Source: a virus (taxonomy: Duplodnaviria; Caudoviricetes). Taken from it: a DNA stretch of 64,000 bases. Position numbers and translations under genes: made by a program. This document shows, one piece after another, positions 1 to 9,269 of the stretch (the first letter of the stretch is position 1; each line of letters starts with the position of its first letter). The notes below the pieces were generated by a model. It had not been told where the DNA came from, made no database searches, and saw only the letters and a program-made list of their open reading frames with translations. The stretch lies in IMG/VR virus record IMGVR_UViG_3300031555_001562; one strand, given 5' to 3'.

Positions 1-148
1 TTTCCAGGATAACCGCATCCGGGATATCACCAGGGAAAAGCACGGGGAGTCCGTCGTTTCCATTGCATCCGGTAAACTCATCACTCCAAAAGTAGTTGCT
101 TTTCAGCTCATCCAGCTGATCCCGGTTAAGTTCGTGAACGCTCAACAT
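1..148 (-). CDS. Small early phage protein, 3' end outside the window (MLSVHELNRDQLDELKSNYFW...)
   Basis: ATG at 148 preceded by GGAGGG on the minus strand; frame stays open to the window edge. Confidence 0.6.
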   Translation of the reverse strand, partial: MLSVHELNRDQLDELKSNYFWSDEFTGCNGNDGLPVLFPGDIPDAVILE

Positions 149-165
149 ATTTCATTCCCTCCAAT

Positions 166-354
166 TCATTTAGATAAAACCTGATCCCGTGTATATTTGA
201 ATGTGATATTAGGCGCTGATACATAATAAATTCCGTCGTGCGTTGCGTCCGCTGCAAATTCCTTCATTTTCCGGAAACTTGAAAATGTTTTGTGCTTGCA
301 TCCGCCTTCTGTGAATTCTTTTTCACTGCCGATATACGTATATTGTCTTTTCAT
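166..354 (-). CDS. Hypothetical early protein (62 aa)
   Basis: ORF 166..438; start moved to ATG 354, which follows GGGG and avoids overlap with the upstream gene. Confidence 0.55.
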   Translation of the reverse strand: MKRQYTYIGSEKEFTEGGCKHKTFSSFRKMKEFAADATHDGIYYVSAPNITFKYTRDQVLSK

Positions 355-367
355 GATCGTTACCCCG

Positions 368-661
368 TCATTCAATTTCAATCCGGTAAATTTCGGTAAA
401 GCAATCAAAATTAATGATCCATACGGTTCCATCGTCACGAATAACAGTTGCTTTATTGAAGATCTTTTCTTTTGTGCCTAAAACCCGGCATACATGCCCA
501 GCAACTTGTTTTTCTTCAGGATAGCAATATGGTTCATTTCCGCCACGCTTTACAGATCCGCAATAGATAAAGCTATTCCATCCCATAGCTGCGCCGTGTC
601 TATGATAGAAGGGAATTTCACTTAATTTCATTTTCTTAATAGGTAATTCAAGATATTTCAT
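368..661 (-). CDS. Hypothetical early protein
   Basis: GGAGG upstream of ATG 661; part of a tightly packed minus-strand gene run. Confidence 0.65.
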   Translation of the reverse strand: MKYLELPIKKMKLSEIPFYHRHGAAMGWNSFIYCGSVKRGGNEPYCYPEEKQVAGHVCRVLGTKEKIFNKATVIRDDGTVWIINFDCFTEIYRIEIE

Positions 662-677
662 AGTCAGCGCCTCCACA

Positions 678-1001
678 TTATTGCAAGTCAAACAATTTCA
701 AAATTCTATCGCCCATACCGGGATCATATTTATAAAGGCTATTCCATGCCTCCATTGCATCCGCCCATTCATCCGGAAATTCACTTTTTGCGGAATACCA
801 GGACGCAAGAACCATAGCGGAGGCAGTCATTGCAGTTTCCAGTGTTTCAAGTGTGCCGTTTTTATCGGTACAATTCCGGATGTATGCGGAAAAATCATCG
901 CCGTATTCTTCTGGATGATCCGCCTTCAGTTTATTAAAGGCGGTTTTCAGCTCATCCTCCGTGATAATTCGTATGCATTCCGTATCAAGGTAAACTTTCA
1001 T
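678..1001 (-). CDS. Hypothetical early protein (107 aa)
   Basis: GGAGG RBS before ATG; tight packing. Confidence 0.7.
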   Translation of the reverse strand: MKVYLDTECIRIITEDELKTAFNKLKADHPEEYGDDFSAYIRNCTDKNGTLETLETAMTASAMVLASWYSAKSEFPDEWADAMEAWNSLYKYDPGMGDRILKLFDLQ

Positions 1002-1022
1002 TGTATGCCTCCCGTGTCCGTC

Positions 1023-1412
1023 TCAAGCCCTTGCAAGTCTACAAATCATGTTAGAGGCCTGATAGAGTGCGCGCGCCTGAGTATCCAGCCATTCCTCCCG
1101 GCTATTAGGCCGTCTTTCACCGTTGCGTGTTTTCTTCAGTTCGGAAGGGCTGCAAAGACGTTCCGCAATATCGGAATCATAAATCAAGGAACATCCGCTC
1201 CAACTGTATTGATCCCAGTCACTAGCGCCGTTTAATAGCTGCTTTCTAAGCAATTTGGGCGCCTCCAGATCTTCAGCTTCGAAATAGCCGTTTTCAATTG
1301 CCTCCTCCAGCTCATCAACCAATTCCAGGGCATAGGCCTTAACGCCACGGCTCCAGGCGCTACGGGCATTCTCAGCGTTAACCGCTTTTCTCAGATCATT
1401 AATATTAGTCAT
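1023..1412 (-). CDS. Hypothetical early protein (MTNINDLRKAV...)
   Basis: AAGGAGG before ATG 1412. Confidence 0.7.
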   Translation of the reverse strand: MTNINDLRKAVNAENARSAWSRGVKAYALELVDELEEAIENGYFEAEDLEAPKLLRKQLLNGASDWDQYSWSGCSLIYDSDIAERLCSPSELKKTRNGERRPNSREEWLDTQARALYQASNMICRLARA

Positions 1413-1425
1413 TTTAGTAACCTCC

Positions 1426-1614
1426 TTAAAAATTGAATCTAGCGCCGAACATGAAATAAACCTTGCTTTTAGGGATCTCAATTTTCACGGCTGCGCTATG
1501 GTTAATACCGTACTTTGTCATTTCACGTTCTGTATAAAGTTCATTTGATACCAGGATGGAACCATCAGAACGGCGCTTATTATCGAATTCGGGCTTGATT
1601 TTATAGTAGATCAT
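1426..1614 (-). CDS. Hypothetical early protein (62 aa)
   Basis: GGAGGT RBS before ATG. Confidence 0.65.
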   Translation of the reverse strand: MIYYKIKPEFDNKRRSDGSILVSNELYTEREMTKYGINHSAAVKIEIPKSKVYFMFGARFNF

Positions 1615-1686
1615 TTTTATACCTCCATCATCAACTTTGTTGCGATCCCTTTACCGGTCTAATATTAGGCGGTTAGATCGCTCATA

Positions 1687-1911
1687 TTATTTGTACCAGA
1701 AATTCACGGTATGACCGCTGAAGAAATTAACCTCCAGTCTATCGCCAAGATCACAAATATAATCGGGATCATCATAAATGTTTTTATAAATGGGATATCC
1801 GGCACGTTCCGTTTTTTCGTCGTGGAGGTAAATACCATCCATAAATACCCACTGTTTTTGTACGGCTGCGAAGGCCTCCCGTTTAGAATTGAAATGATAA
1901 TGTTTATTCAT
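1687..1911 (-). CDS. Hypothetical early protein, first gene of the leftward operon
   Basis: GGAGGT RBS before ATG 1911. Confidence 0.65.
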   Translation of the reverse strand: MNKHYHFNSKREAFAAVQKQWVFMDGIYLHDEKTERAGYPIYKNIYDDPDYICDLGDRLEVNFFSGHTVNFWYK

Positions 1912-1962
1912 GATTTTTACCTCCGTTGTCAATCACTTTGTTGCGTCCTATCTGATGACTTG

Positions 1963-1991
1963 ATATTAACACGTTACACATTATTTGTCAA
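1963..1991 (-). promoter_or_regulatory. sigmaA promoter, leftward P1
   Basis: TTGACA-17 bp-TAATAT with extended TG and upstream A-tracts (UP-like) on the minus strand. Confidence 0.8.
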
Positions 1992-2065
1992 GTACTTTTT
2001 TCGAATTTCTTAGATTTTATTTTGTGCTTGATTTTATTTCGTGCCGTGTCTCATCTGATGTACAT

Positions 2066-2094
2066 ACTATACCTCCGAAATATTTATTTGTCAA
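2066..2094 (-). promoter_or_regulatory. sigmaA promoter, leftward P2
   Basis: TTGACA-17 bp-TATAGT with UP-like A-tracts; CATCAGA follows the -10 box in both P1 and P2. Confidence 0.8.
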
Positions 2095-2565
2095 TACCTT
2101 TTTTCTAATTTATTTGATTTTATTTTGTGTTTCATGTATACAATATAATATAGAATAGGATCATTGTACAGCTGCGCTATTAATGATCTATGTTAGGCCG
2201 TCAGCGTGCCCAGGATCGGCGCATAAAAGAATAGCGCCATAGAACAATATTATAATATTAATTAATTGTAGACCGTCTGAGCGCCTGAGAAATAGCCGGT
2301 ATATTTTGCCGGAATATATAGCGCTGGAAATAAGATCTTGTATTAATGAATAGTGCTGCATGAACTAATATTGAATACTGGAATCAGGCCTAAAGCATTT
2401 ACCTATAAAGTTAATAGGTTAATAATTGCTTTATGGCTGTATTGCATACAAAGATGATGGGTAAATAAGGATCTTATTTGCCTACTGATTTAATAGGTAA
2501 ATAGAATTTACCCTTTACCGAAGATTAAACCGAAAAAGTAGGATCCCTGGAAAATCGAACTTTTT

Positions 2566-2756
2566 AGTTAGTTTGTGCTAACTGATTTGATAAAAGTAAA
2601 TTTTTATCTATTGGTTAGCTATCGCTAACTGCCATTGCATCAAGTCCGATTTCTGCACTATTACGGACTTGTAAACCGATACGGAAATATCGATACTTTC
2701 GTACCTAGTTAGCATCCGCTAACCGGGTATGTTTACATAGTTAGCCTGGACTAACT
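2566..2756. repeat. Four copies of palindrome RGTTAG-N6-CTAACY
   Basis: Copies at 2566-2583, 2613-2630, 2707-2724 and 2739-2756. Confidence 0.85.
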
Positions 2757-3237
2757 GGGTATTCCAGCCTGAATGTGATGTCCTTCACTCTCCCCTAAAA
2801 AATCGAAATCCCAACTTTTTGACCCTAAACCGAAAAGTCAATTGCTCAAAGTTCAAACTCCGAAAGTTTCGAAAGAATCTGCTTATAGACTCGAAAAATA
2901 ATTTTATTTCTGCAAACATCGAAAGTATCGAATGTTCTTCGGAAAGTTATTCGGATCCCGATAAAACTTGACCTGTGATTGATGGGTTTGCATGCAGATC
3001 TATTGCGCAGAAATGATCGAAAGTTTCGAAGCTATTGCCTCAAGATCAGACCAAACATCACGATTGGCAAGGCAACAGCTGCTATCAATTTGAGTGACTT
3101 CGGAACGAAAATTGATAGCCAAGAATTGCTCTAAGCGAATACATACTGCGCTGATAGGATAGTCATACCAGATAAGGCTATGTCTGCGCTATTATTTTGT
3201 ATTCCGGTGGTTCCCTATAGAAAGTTCGAAAGTATCG
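2691..3237. repeat. Iteron/operator-like repeats CGAAAGTWTCG
   Basis: Copies at 2691 (reverse), 2861, 2920, 3018 and 3227; another reverse copy at 8424. Confidence 0.75.
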
Positions 3238-3249
3238 TCTATTCTACAT

Positions 3250-3362
3250 TAAGTATTTTATATATAAAAGGTATACATATAAATATATATGATCTATATA
3301 TAAAATACTTAATTATTAATATAAGTATATACTTACTATATTATTATATATATATTATGATT
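3250..3362. other. Extremely AT-rich tract, candidate DNA-unwinding element of a replication origin
   Basis: Nearly pure A/T run next to the repeats and upstream of an HTH-like gene; function is inferred. Confidence 0.45.
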
Positions 3363-3442
3363 AAGGAGATGCAGTTTTTCGACAAGCCAGGTGGATCCTG
3401 GCCTGTGAGAAAAATATTTTAGACTACGCAACAAAATAGTTG

Positions 3443-3471
3443 TTGACATTTCCGCAAAGGTGTGTTATAAT
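3443..3471 (+). promoter_or_regulatory. Consensus sigmaA promoter, rightward
   Basis: TTGACA-17 bp-TATAAT with extended TG. Confidence 0.9.
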
Positions 3472-3510
3472 CCAGCCAAGGAGTTAACCAAAGGACAAAC
3501 GGAGGCCACC

Positions 3511-4188
3511 TTGAAAGAGTTTATCACAATCCCACGCAGCTTGATCCTTGACCGGGAATTGGGCGACAAACGGGTTCTAGTCTACTCTTCCATCCTCTTC
3601 TCTGACTGGTCTGGCAATAGCCTTGAAGATTTGGTTCGTTACTCCAAGTACTCTGCTTGCCGTGATAAGTCTGGCGTTTTGAACCAATACAAGACAATCG
3701 TAGATCAGCTGGTATCAAAGGACTATTTCTTCTACAACAGTAGGGGTATAGTTTACATCAAACCAAATGACTCCTTTGGCATTATCTATCATAGCGAGTT
3801 CCAGAGAATCCTTCAGGAACGGGAGCGCAGCCAGGAAAGAGGCCAGCGGATGAACCATGCGCATCTGCTCCTGCTTCTGGCTCACATCAGACTGAATATG
3901 ATACATAAACCGGGTGTGCCGGAAATGTACTCTAATCTTCTGGTTCGAATTTCTGAAAGCACCGGACTGTCTGTGCGGAGTATATCTGCCGGACTGAAGA
4001 TTCTGGAAGAACTCAATATCATACATAATGAAGAACTACCTAGATACAAAGACGAAGAAGGCCACTGGCATTCCAATGTTAGGATATTCGTCAATATGGA
4101 ACCTGGCGGAAGTTCAGATGTGCAGCGAGACTGGCAAGGAGAAGTATACCGAGGAATAACATACATATTGGCAAGCCAGAGGTTTTGA
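3511..4188 (+). CDS. Putative winged-helix DNA-binding protein, possibly replication-initiator-like
   Basis: GGAGG then TTG 3511 (the GTG at 3460 lies inside the promoter); HTH-like segment ISESTGLSVRSISAGLKILEELNII. Confidence 0.55.
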   Translation: MKEFITIPRSLILDRELGDKRVLVYSSILFSDWSGNSLEDLVRYSKYSACRDKSGVLNQYKTIVDQLVSKDYFFYNSRGIVYIKPNDSFGIIYHSEFQRILQERERSQERGQRMNHAHLLLLLAHIRLNMIHKPGVPEMYSNLLVRISESTGLSVRSISAGLKILEELNIIHNEELPRYKDEEGHWHSNVRIFVNMEPGGSSDVQRDWQGEVYRGITYILASQRF

Positions 4189-4203
4189 CGGAGGACGGAA
4201 ACC

Positions 4204-4581
4204 TTGACGCTTGAAGACCTAAAGAACGTTGACTTATCTGCTCAACGGCCACCGGCTGAAATGACAGACGATCAATGGCAGGAGTATTTTAAGTCAATGA
4301 AGCTTCTGGTTCAACCAGTGAAAGACCGTACCATGCACTGTAAAAGATCTTCGATGACGGTGAACGGGCGAAGACTGGAAGACCAATCATCATACAATGG
4401 AGATACCCAGTGGTATCACTATTGCCAATTCATAAATACTGTTCTGAGTGCGATCCGCCACAAGGAACACGACTATTGCTATAACATTTATCAAATCACA
4501 GACCTACTGAAGTATGAGCATGACCGGCTGGAAACCAGATGGTTGCCGGAAGACCGCTGCATCGAAGTATGGTTAAAGTGA
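4204..4581 (+). CDS. Hypothetical protein (125 aa)
   Basis: GGAGG RBS before TTG. Confidence 0.65.
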   Translation: MTLEDLKNVDLSAQRPPAEMTDDQWQEYFKSMKLLVQPVKDRTMHCKRSSMTVNGRRLEDQSSYNGDTQWYHYCQFINTVLSAIRHKEHDYCYNIYQITDLLKYEHDRLETRWLPEDRCIEVWLK

Positions 4582-4754
4582 TTTATCTTATATTGTTTTA
4601 GTAGACGCAACAAAGCTTACAAAGCGATGCAAGGGCTTTAGACGGGCGTTTATTTCAGTGAACACCTTTCTCACGAATCGAACAAAAGTCCGAATAAAAG
4701 CCACCAGACGGCTCCCAGAGCCATTCAAAGACATTTGAACAGGACGGTAAATGA

Positions 4755-7538
4755 ATGGAGCAGAAGAGCTGCTTAAAAATGATTTACAAAGTTCACAGCA
4801 GACAAATACTCAAAGCCAAACTCAATTTGGTGATGCCGCTTGAAACTGCTATGAGCGATTACCCTGAGATGATCGTCTCACTGAATGATAGTCAGCTGCT
4901 ACGGTTCATAGATGAACTGAACGGTGTGACGGAAGTCGATGAGAAGATCAGAGAGATTAAGAAGAAAATCAAGTTCGAGAAGAAACGACCACGGAGCAGA
5001 GAAACCAAAGTCAATATCAAGAACTTATATCGAAACCTGTATGAGCTGCAATTTAAGAAAGATTATGTCTGTGTAATCATGGACAGCAATGCAGACTATG
5101 ATCGCATCAACCAGGGATTCACGATCAACGGAATTCAGTTCCGGAGATTCCTCGGAACCAATGGTGGAATCAAGAATTCTACCATCGTGTATGTAAATGC
5201 AGAACTATATCCTGAATTGAAACGCAGATTGGACAACGGAAGAGACATGACTAAGGCACTGGTTCCTGCAAAGCTGGAGGCTTACCAGGCGCTCGTGTGT
5301 TCAGGTTCTACTCCGCTGCCGCCACCAAAAGGATTCATCGTTGTCAACGATTGCATTACCAAATTTACAGATGATGTGATCCTAATCAATGATGAAACAG
5401 ATGGTGAACCCGACTTGACGTATGTCAAAGACTATGAGATTGAACACAACGATTCTGACGGCTATGGCCTGATGCTACCCTCCTATTCTCGCAAGGTCAA
5501 CGAGTATTTGACTGGTGATGGAGAAAATACCATCTCCGGAATGAACACCCGGTATGCGTGGACTAAGGGCATGGTTTACACATTCGATTTCATTGAGTTT
5601 GCAGAGAAAATAGCTGGGACTTATGAGATCATCGACGCATGGGGCGACAAGAGGGATATCCGGGATGCAGAAGTCATTTTGACTGTATCTATGCTGAAGC
5701 TGTGGGACAGCTATTCGAGTTGGGAAGACTACTACGAGAATTGTGAGAAAAACCATTACCAGTTCTCTACACCAAAGATTACTCCTGCAAATCTGGAACA
5801 CGTTCGCAATACGAACTATCAGTTCCTCCAGAGTTACAATTTCACAGATGAAGAGCTGCAAGCACTGTGCCAGCCAACAATAGATGAAATCAAGGACGTT
5901 CTTGGCATGGACTACCGTAAGAGCCTCGTATTCCTTGCTGGCTATGGTCTGAATGATGACAATGCCTATACCGACAATTTCGATTACTGCATTCGTGCGC
6001 TTATGATCGATGAGCGGATGATTAATGATCCTTTCATTCGCCGCAAGATCTGGAACATGATTACACGCAGAATTGAAATGGCAAAGCGTGGCGCAATCAA
6101 AGTCAATGCAAACTTCGCTATGATTTCTGGTGATCCATATGCTCTGGCGCAAAGCATGTTCGGACTGGAAGTGACCGGACTGCTGAAGGCAGGAGAAGTA
6201 TATCACAAATATTGGATTGACAAGGGATCTACGGAGCTTGCTTGTTTCAGAGCGCCCATGACATGCCACAACAATATCCGCAGGATGAAACTCTGTCTGA
6301 CAGAAGAGGCTGCACACTGGTATCAATATATTACCACCGCCTCAATTCTGAACGCATGGGATACTGCGTGCGATGCAATGAACGGTGCAGATAAAGACGG
6401 CGATACCAATATGGACACCGATAATCCCGTGATCGTTCGCAACACACTCAACTCTCCAACAATCGTCTGCATGCAGCGCAAGGCAGAGAAAAAGGTTGCT
6501 ACGGAAGAGGATATCATTCAGGCGAACAAACTTGCGTTCAATGACGATATCGGAACGGTGACAAACCACGTTACGAGTATGATCGAGGTTCAGGCTGGTT
6601 TTGAACCTGGTAGTGACGAGTATGAGACTCTGGCCTATCGCATCATGTGTGGTCAGCTGTACCAGCAGAACACGATTGATCGTGCAAAGGGCATTATTGC
6701 AAAACCAATGCCTGAGTATTGGTATAACATCCGGGATAACATTGTCAGAGATGATGATACTCCGGAAGAGGCAGAGACTAAGCGGTATAACAGAAGAATC
6801 ACTGCGGCGAACAAACCATACTTCATGACATACGTGTATCCCAATCTTCGGACGAAGAACAATACATATATCAAGAACAGCGATTACGGCGCAATCATGC
6901 GGTTCGGCGGATACGGAATCCGTAGTATCAAGGATTTGGAAAAATATGAACCAAAGACTCAAGAGATGCTGGACTACCTTGATTACTACTATCGATACAT
7001 ACCAGTTGGCAACAATGCCTGTGTCGTAAATAGAATCTGCTGGATTTTTGAGAATGCATTCAACGGTTATCTATCAAAAAAATATGAGCAACCAAAATTC
7101 GATTACAACATTCTAAAGAGTAATGTTGAGTACAGTCGTAAGAACTATCTTGACATTCTTGCAGTATATGAGGACTATCAGCGCCGCATTGAAGCATTCC
7201 AGAAGAGATCAAAGGCAGAAAAACTTGATCTGTTCGATGCGTGGCAGGAGCGTAGCCGCCTTACTACCTGGTTCCGGAAGTCTTGCGAAGAAATTTGCTC
7301 AAACGAAAAAGAACTATGTGATATCGTGATCGATATCTGCTATAAGGCCGAGAAGACAAAACAGTTTGCATGGGATATTTGTGGATCAACTATGCTTGAC
7401 AATTTGCTTGCAAATAATGGCGGTGTGATTCATTATCCAAAGTTGACGGATTCTGATGGCGATTTCGTTTACTGCGGTGAACAGTTTGTTATGTGCGAAA
7501 AAGAGATTGGTGGTGATAGTGATGATTGTTTTGAATGA
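4755..7538 (+). CDS. yonO: YonO-like single-subunit DNA-dependent RNA polymerase (double-psi beta-barrel, eukaryotic RdRP-related)
   Basis: 927 aa with catalytic NGADKDGD (DxDGD), SDGYG, KGMV and FRAP motifs; lies upstream of late genes as in SPbeta. Confidence 0.88.
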   Translation: MEQKSCLKMIYKVHSRQILKAKLNLVMPLETAMSDYPEMIVSLNDSQLLRFIDELNGVTEVDEKIREIKKKIKFEKKRPRSRETKVNIKNLYRNLYELQFKKDYVCVIMDSNADYDRINQGFTINGIQFRRFLGTNGGIKNSTIVYVNAELYPELKRRLDNGRDMTKALVPAKLEAYQALVCSGSTPLPPPKGFIVVNDCITKFTDDVILINDETDGEPDLTYVKDYEIEHNDSDGYGLMLPSYSRKVNEYLTGDGENTISGMNTRYAWTKGMVYTFDFIEFAEKIAGTYEIIDAWGDKRDIRDAEVILTVSMLKLWDSYSSWEDYYENCEKNHYQFSTPKITPANLEHVRNTNYQFLQSYNFTDEELQALCQPTIDEIKDVLGMDYRKSLVFLAGYGLNDDNAYTDNFDYCIRALMIDERMINDPFIRRKIWNMITRRIEMAKRGAIKVNANFAMISGDPYALAQSMFGLEVTGLLKAGEVYHKYWIDKGSTELACFRAPMTCHNNIRRMKLCLTEEAAHWYQYITTASILNAWDTACDAMNGADKDGDTNMDTDNPVIVRNTLNSPTIVCMQRKAEKKVATEEDIIQANKLAFNDDIGTVTNHVTSMIEVQAGFEPGSDEYETLAYRIMCGQLYQQNTIDRAKGIIAKPMPEYWYNIRDNIVRDDDTPEEAETKRYNRRITAANKPYFMTYVYPNLRTKNNTYIKNSDYGAIMRFGGYGIRSIKDLEKYEPKTQEMLDYLDYYYRYIPVGNNACVVNRICWIFENAFNGYLSKKYEQPKFDYNILKSNVEYSRKNYLDILAVYEDYQRRIEAFQKRSKAEKLDLFDAWQERSRLTTWFRKSCEEICSNEKELCDIVIDICYKAEKTKQFAWDICGSTMLDNLLANNGGVIHYPKLTDSDGDFVYCGEQFVMCEKEIGGDSDDCFE

Positions 7539-8385
7539 AAAAGAGTATGCAGAGCAATGTCTGAAGTCAAAGACTATCGGTGACAAGCCATTCTTCACCC
7601 TTTCAATTTTGGCGAAGTACTATTACCACTGCCACGGATACAGAAAGAAGAAGATTACAGATCTGCTGATTTCATTCATCAGTGAATGTTACCCACGGTA
7701 CTCATGCAACCGTGCCGACTGGGATGCCCATATCGAGAAGTTGGCAGCAAGCGCCGGAAAGTACACACTATTTGAGATCGATGGAATCTGGATTACACGA
7801 GCAGAGCTGGATACCATTGAGGGAATTCACAACAAGGTTCTTGAGCGCCTTGCATTTACGATGCTCTGCCTTGCAAAGCTTGGTAATGCACGGAACAGCA
7901 AGAACAATGGATGGGTCAATTACACAGCCAAAGACATCTACTCTATGGCCAGGATCTCATGCAGCGTTATTGACCGGTACGAAAAGCTTTCACAGCTTAA
8001 CCAGCTATCTCTGCTAGAGTTCCCGAAAAAGAATGATAACCTAAGCAGTCGAGTTACATATGTCGATGATGACAGCGAAAAGATTTTGTTTATCTATGAC
8101 TTCAGAGAGCTTGGATATGAGTATCTGAAATACAAGGGTGAAAACTTCATTCGTTGTAGGGAATGTGATGTTCTTGTGCGCAATAACAAGTGTGGCGACA
8201 AGAAATATTGCTCTAACTGCGCTGGTTATGTGCCGATGGAGCGAAAACAAGTTACCTGTGTTGATTGTGGGGTTGAATTCACAGTAAACTCAAAAAACAA
8301 CAAAACACATAGGTGTGCATATTGCCAAAAAGAATATGTTCGGGCATATGACAGAGAGCGAAAGAAACGAGATAATTCCGTTTAA
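7522..8385 (+). CDS. RNAP-adjacent protein with C-terminal CxxC zinc fingers
   Basis: Overlaps the RNAP stop; CREC, CSNC, CVDC and CAYC pairs. Confidence 0.7.
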   Translation: MIVLNEKEYAEQCLKSKTIGDKPFFTLSILAKYYYHCHGYRKKKITDLLISFISECYPRYSCNRADWDAHIEKLAASAGKYTLFEIDGIWITRAELDTIEGIHNKVLERLAFTMLCLAKLGNARNSKNNGWVNYTAKDIYSMARISCSVIDRYEKLSQLNQLSLLEFPKKNDNLSSRVTYVDDDSEKILFIYDFRELGYEYLKYKGENFIRCRECDVLVRNNKCGDKKYCSNCAGYVPMERKQVTCVDCGVEFTVNSKNNKTHRCAYCQKEYVRAYDRERKKRDNSV

Positions 8386-8611
8386 CAATTAAAACCGATT
8401 TTTGTTTTATCACCCGGAACCCTCGAAACTTTCGGGGCTTAAAATGGTGCAAATAAAACACAAAAATTCCTATTATAGTGGGAATATATACGTCCTACAA
8501 ATCTCATTTCTTTATCTTTCTCTTTTCTTTGTGTGTGGCACTGGTGCGGCAATCGCCGTGCCAGATGCGCTCAAAGAGAAGTTTATCAATAGTTCAAAGG
8601 AGACAATAGTT

Positions 8612-9259
8612 GTGATTACGCTGAAGAAGAGTTTTGAGTTGCAGAACTATCTGAAGAGATTGTTCGATGATGCTCTGAGTGTCTTGTCCTACAATGACAA
8701 TATCACTGAGACCAAACAGGAACACATGCGAAAGAAAGTTCTGGCTGACGCAGAGGATGAGGTCGTTACCAAGCCTAAGCGTCATGAGTATGAGTTCGAT
8801 ATGAATACACTGATCGACTTTGCGTGCTACATTCAGGAGCAGATGTCAACCCTGACCACCGAGATCAATGTTGCAAAGTACAACAGTATCAGTGATCTTG
8901 ACGGCATGATCGCCGTGAACAACCAGAAGCGCAAGTTGCTGGAACGCATGGTCGCTATGTCTGCGGTTAAAGCCAGAGAGACCATTACCCAGGGACGTGG
9001 TGTGAAGTTCAATGGTGAGGGCAACCAGACTACCTACACCTATGATATCAAGGAGATCACCACTATCGACTTCGACCGGAATAAGGTCAAGGCAATCGCA
9101 AGTCGGCTGCGCCGTGAACTGGATGAGACCTCCACTGAGATCGACAAGATGATGCTGGAAACCAGTGTCTATTACGTCTCTATTTTTGAGATCGGTGATG
9201 ATCTGGAGGAAGCTGTCACGAAGTACCTCGACGAAAAGAACAAGGGTAATAACACCTAA
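8612..9259 (+). CDS. Coiled-coil protein, 215 aa, possibly DIP1984-like
   Basis: AAGGAG before GTG 8612; helical hairpins flank a beta-rich GRGVKFNGEGNQTTY segment; family call is from memory. Confidence 0.65.
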   Translation: MITLKKSFELQNYLKRLFDDALSVLSYNDNITETKQEHMRKKVLADAEDEVVTKPKRHEYEFDMNTLIDFACYIQEQMSTLTTEINVAKYNSISDLDGMIAVNNQKRKLLERMVAMSAVKARETITQGRGVKFNGEGNQTTYTYDIKEITTIDFDRNKVKAIASRLRRELDETSTEIDKMMLETSVYYVSIFEIGDDLEEAVTKYLDEKNKGNNT

Positions 9260-9269
9260 ATAAACATAT

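Noticed and set aside
2566-2756. CRISPR mini-array
   Set aside because: Repeats are short palindromes with variable centres and irregular spacing; no cas genes
2730-2757. dif-like site (TATGTAAAC on the minus strand)
   Set aside because: Only the XerD-like arm resembles dif; the other arm does not match
3180-3422. 80-aa ORF in the AT tract
   Set aside because: Ile/Tyr-rich translation of AT-rich non-coding DNA upstream of the real promoter
5475-6962. Long minus-strand ORFs (283 and 206 aa) within the RNAP gene
   Set aside because: Antisense shadows of a codon-biased gene, with no recognisable motifs
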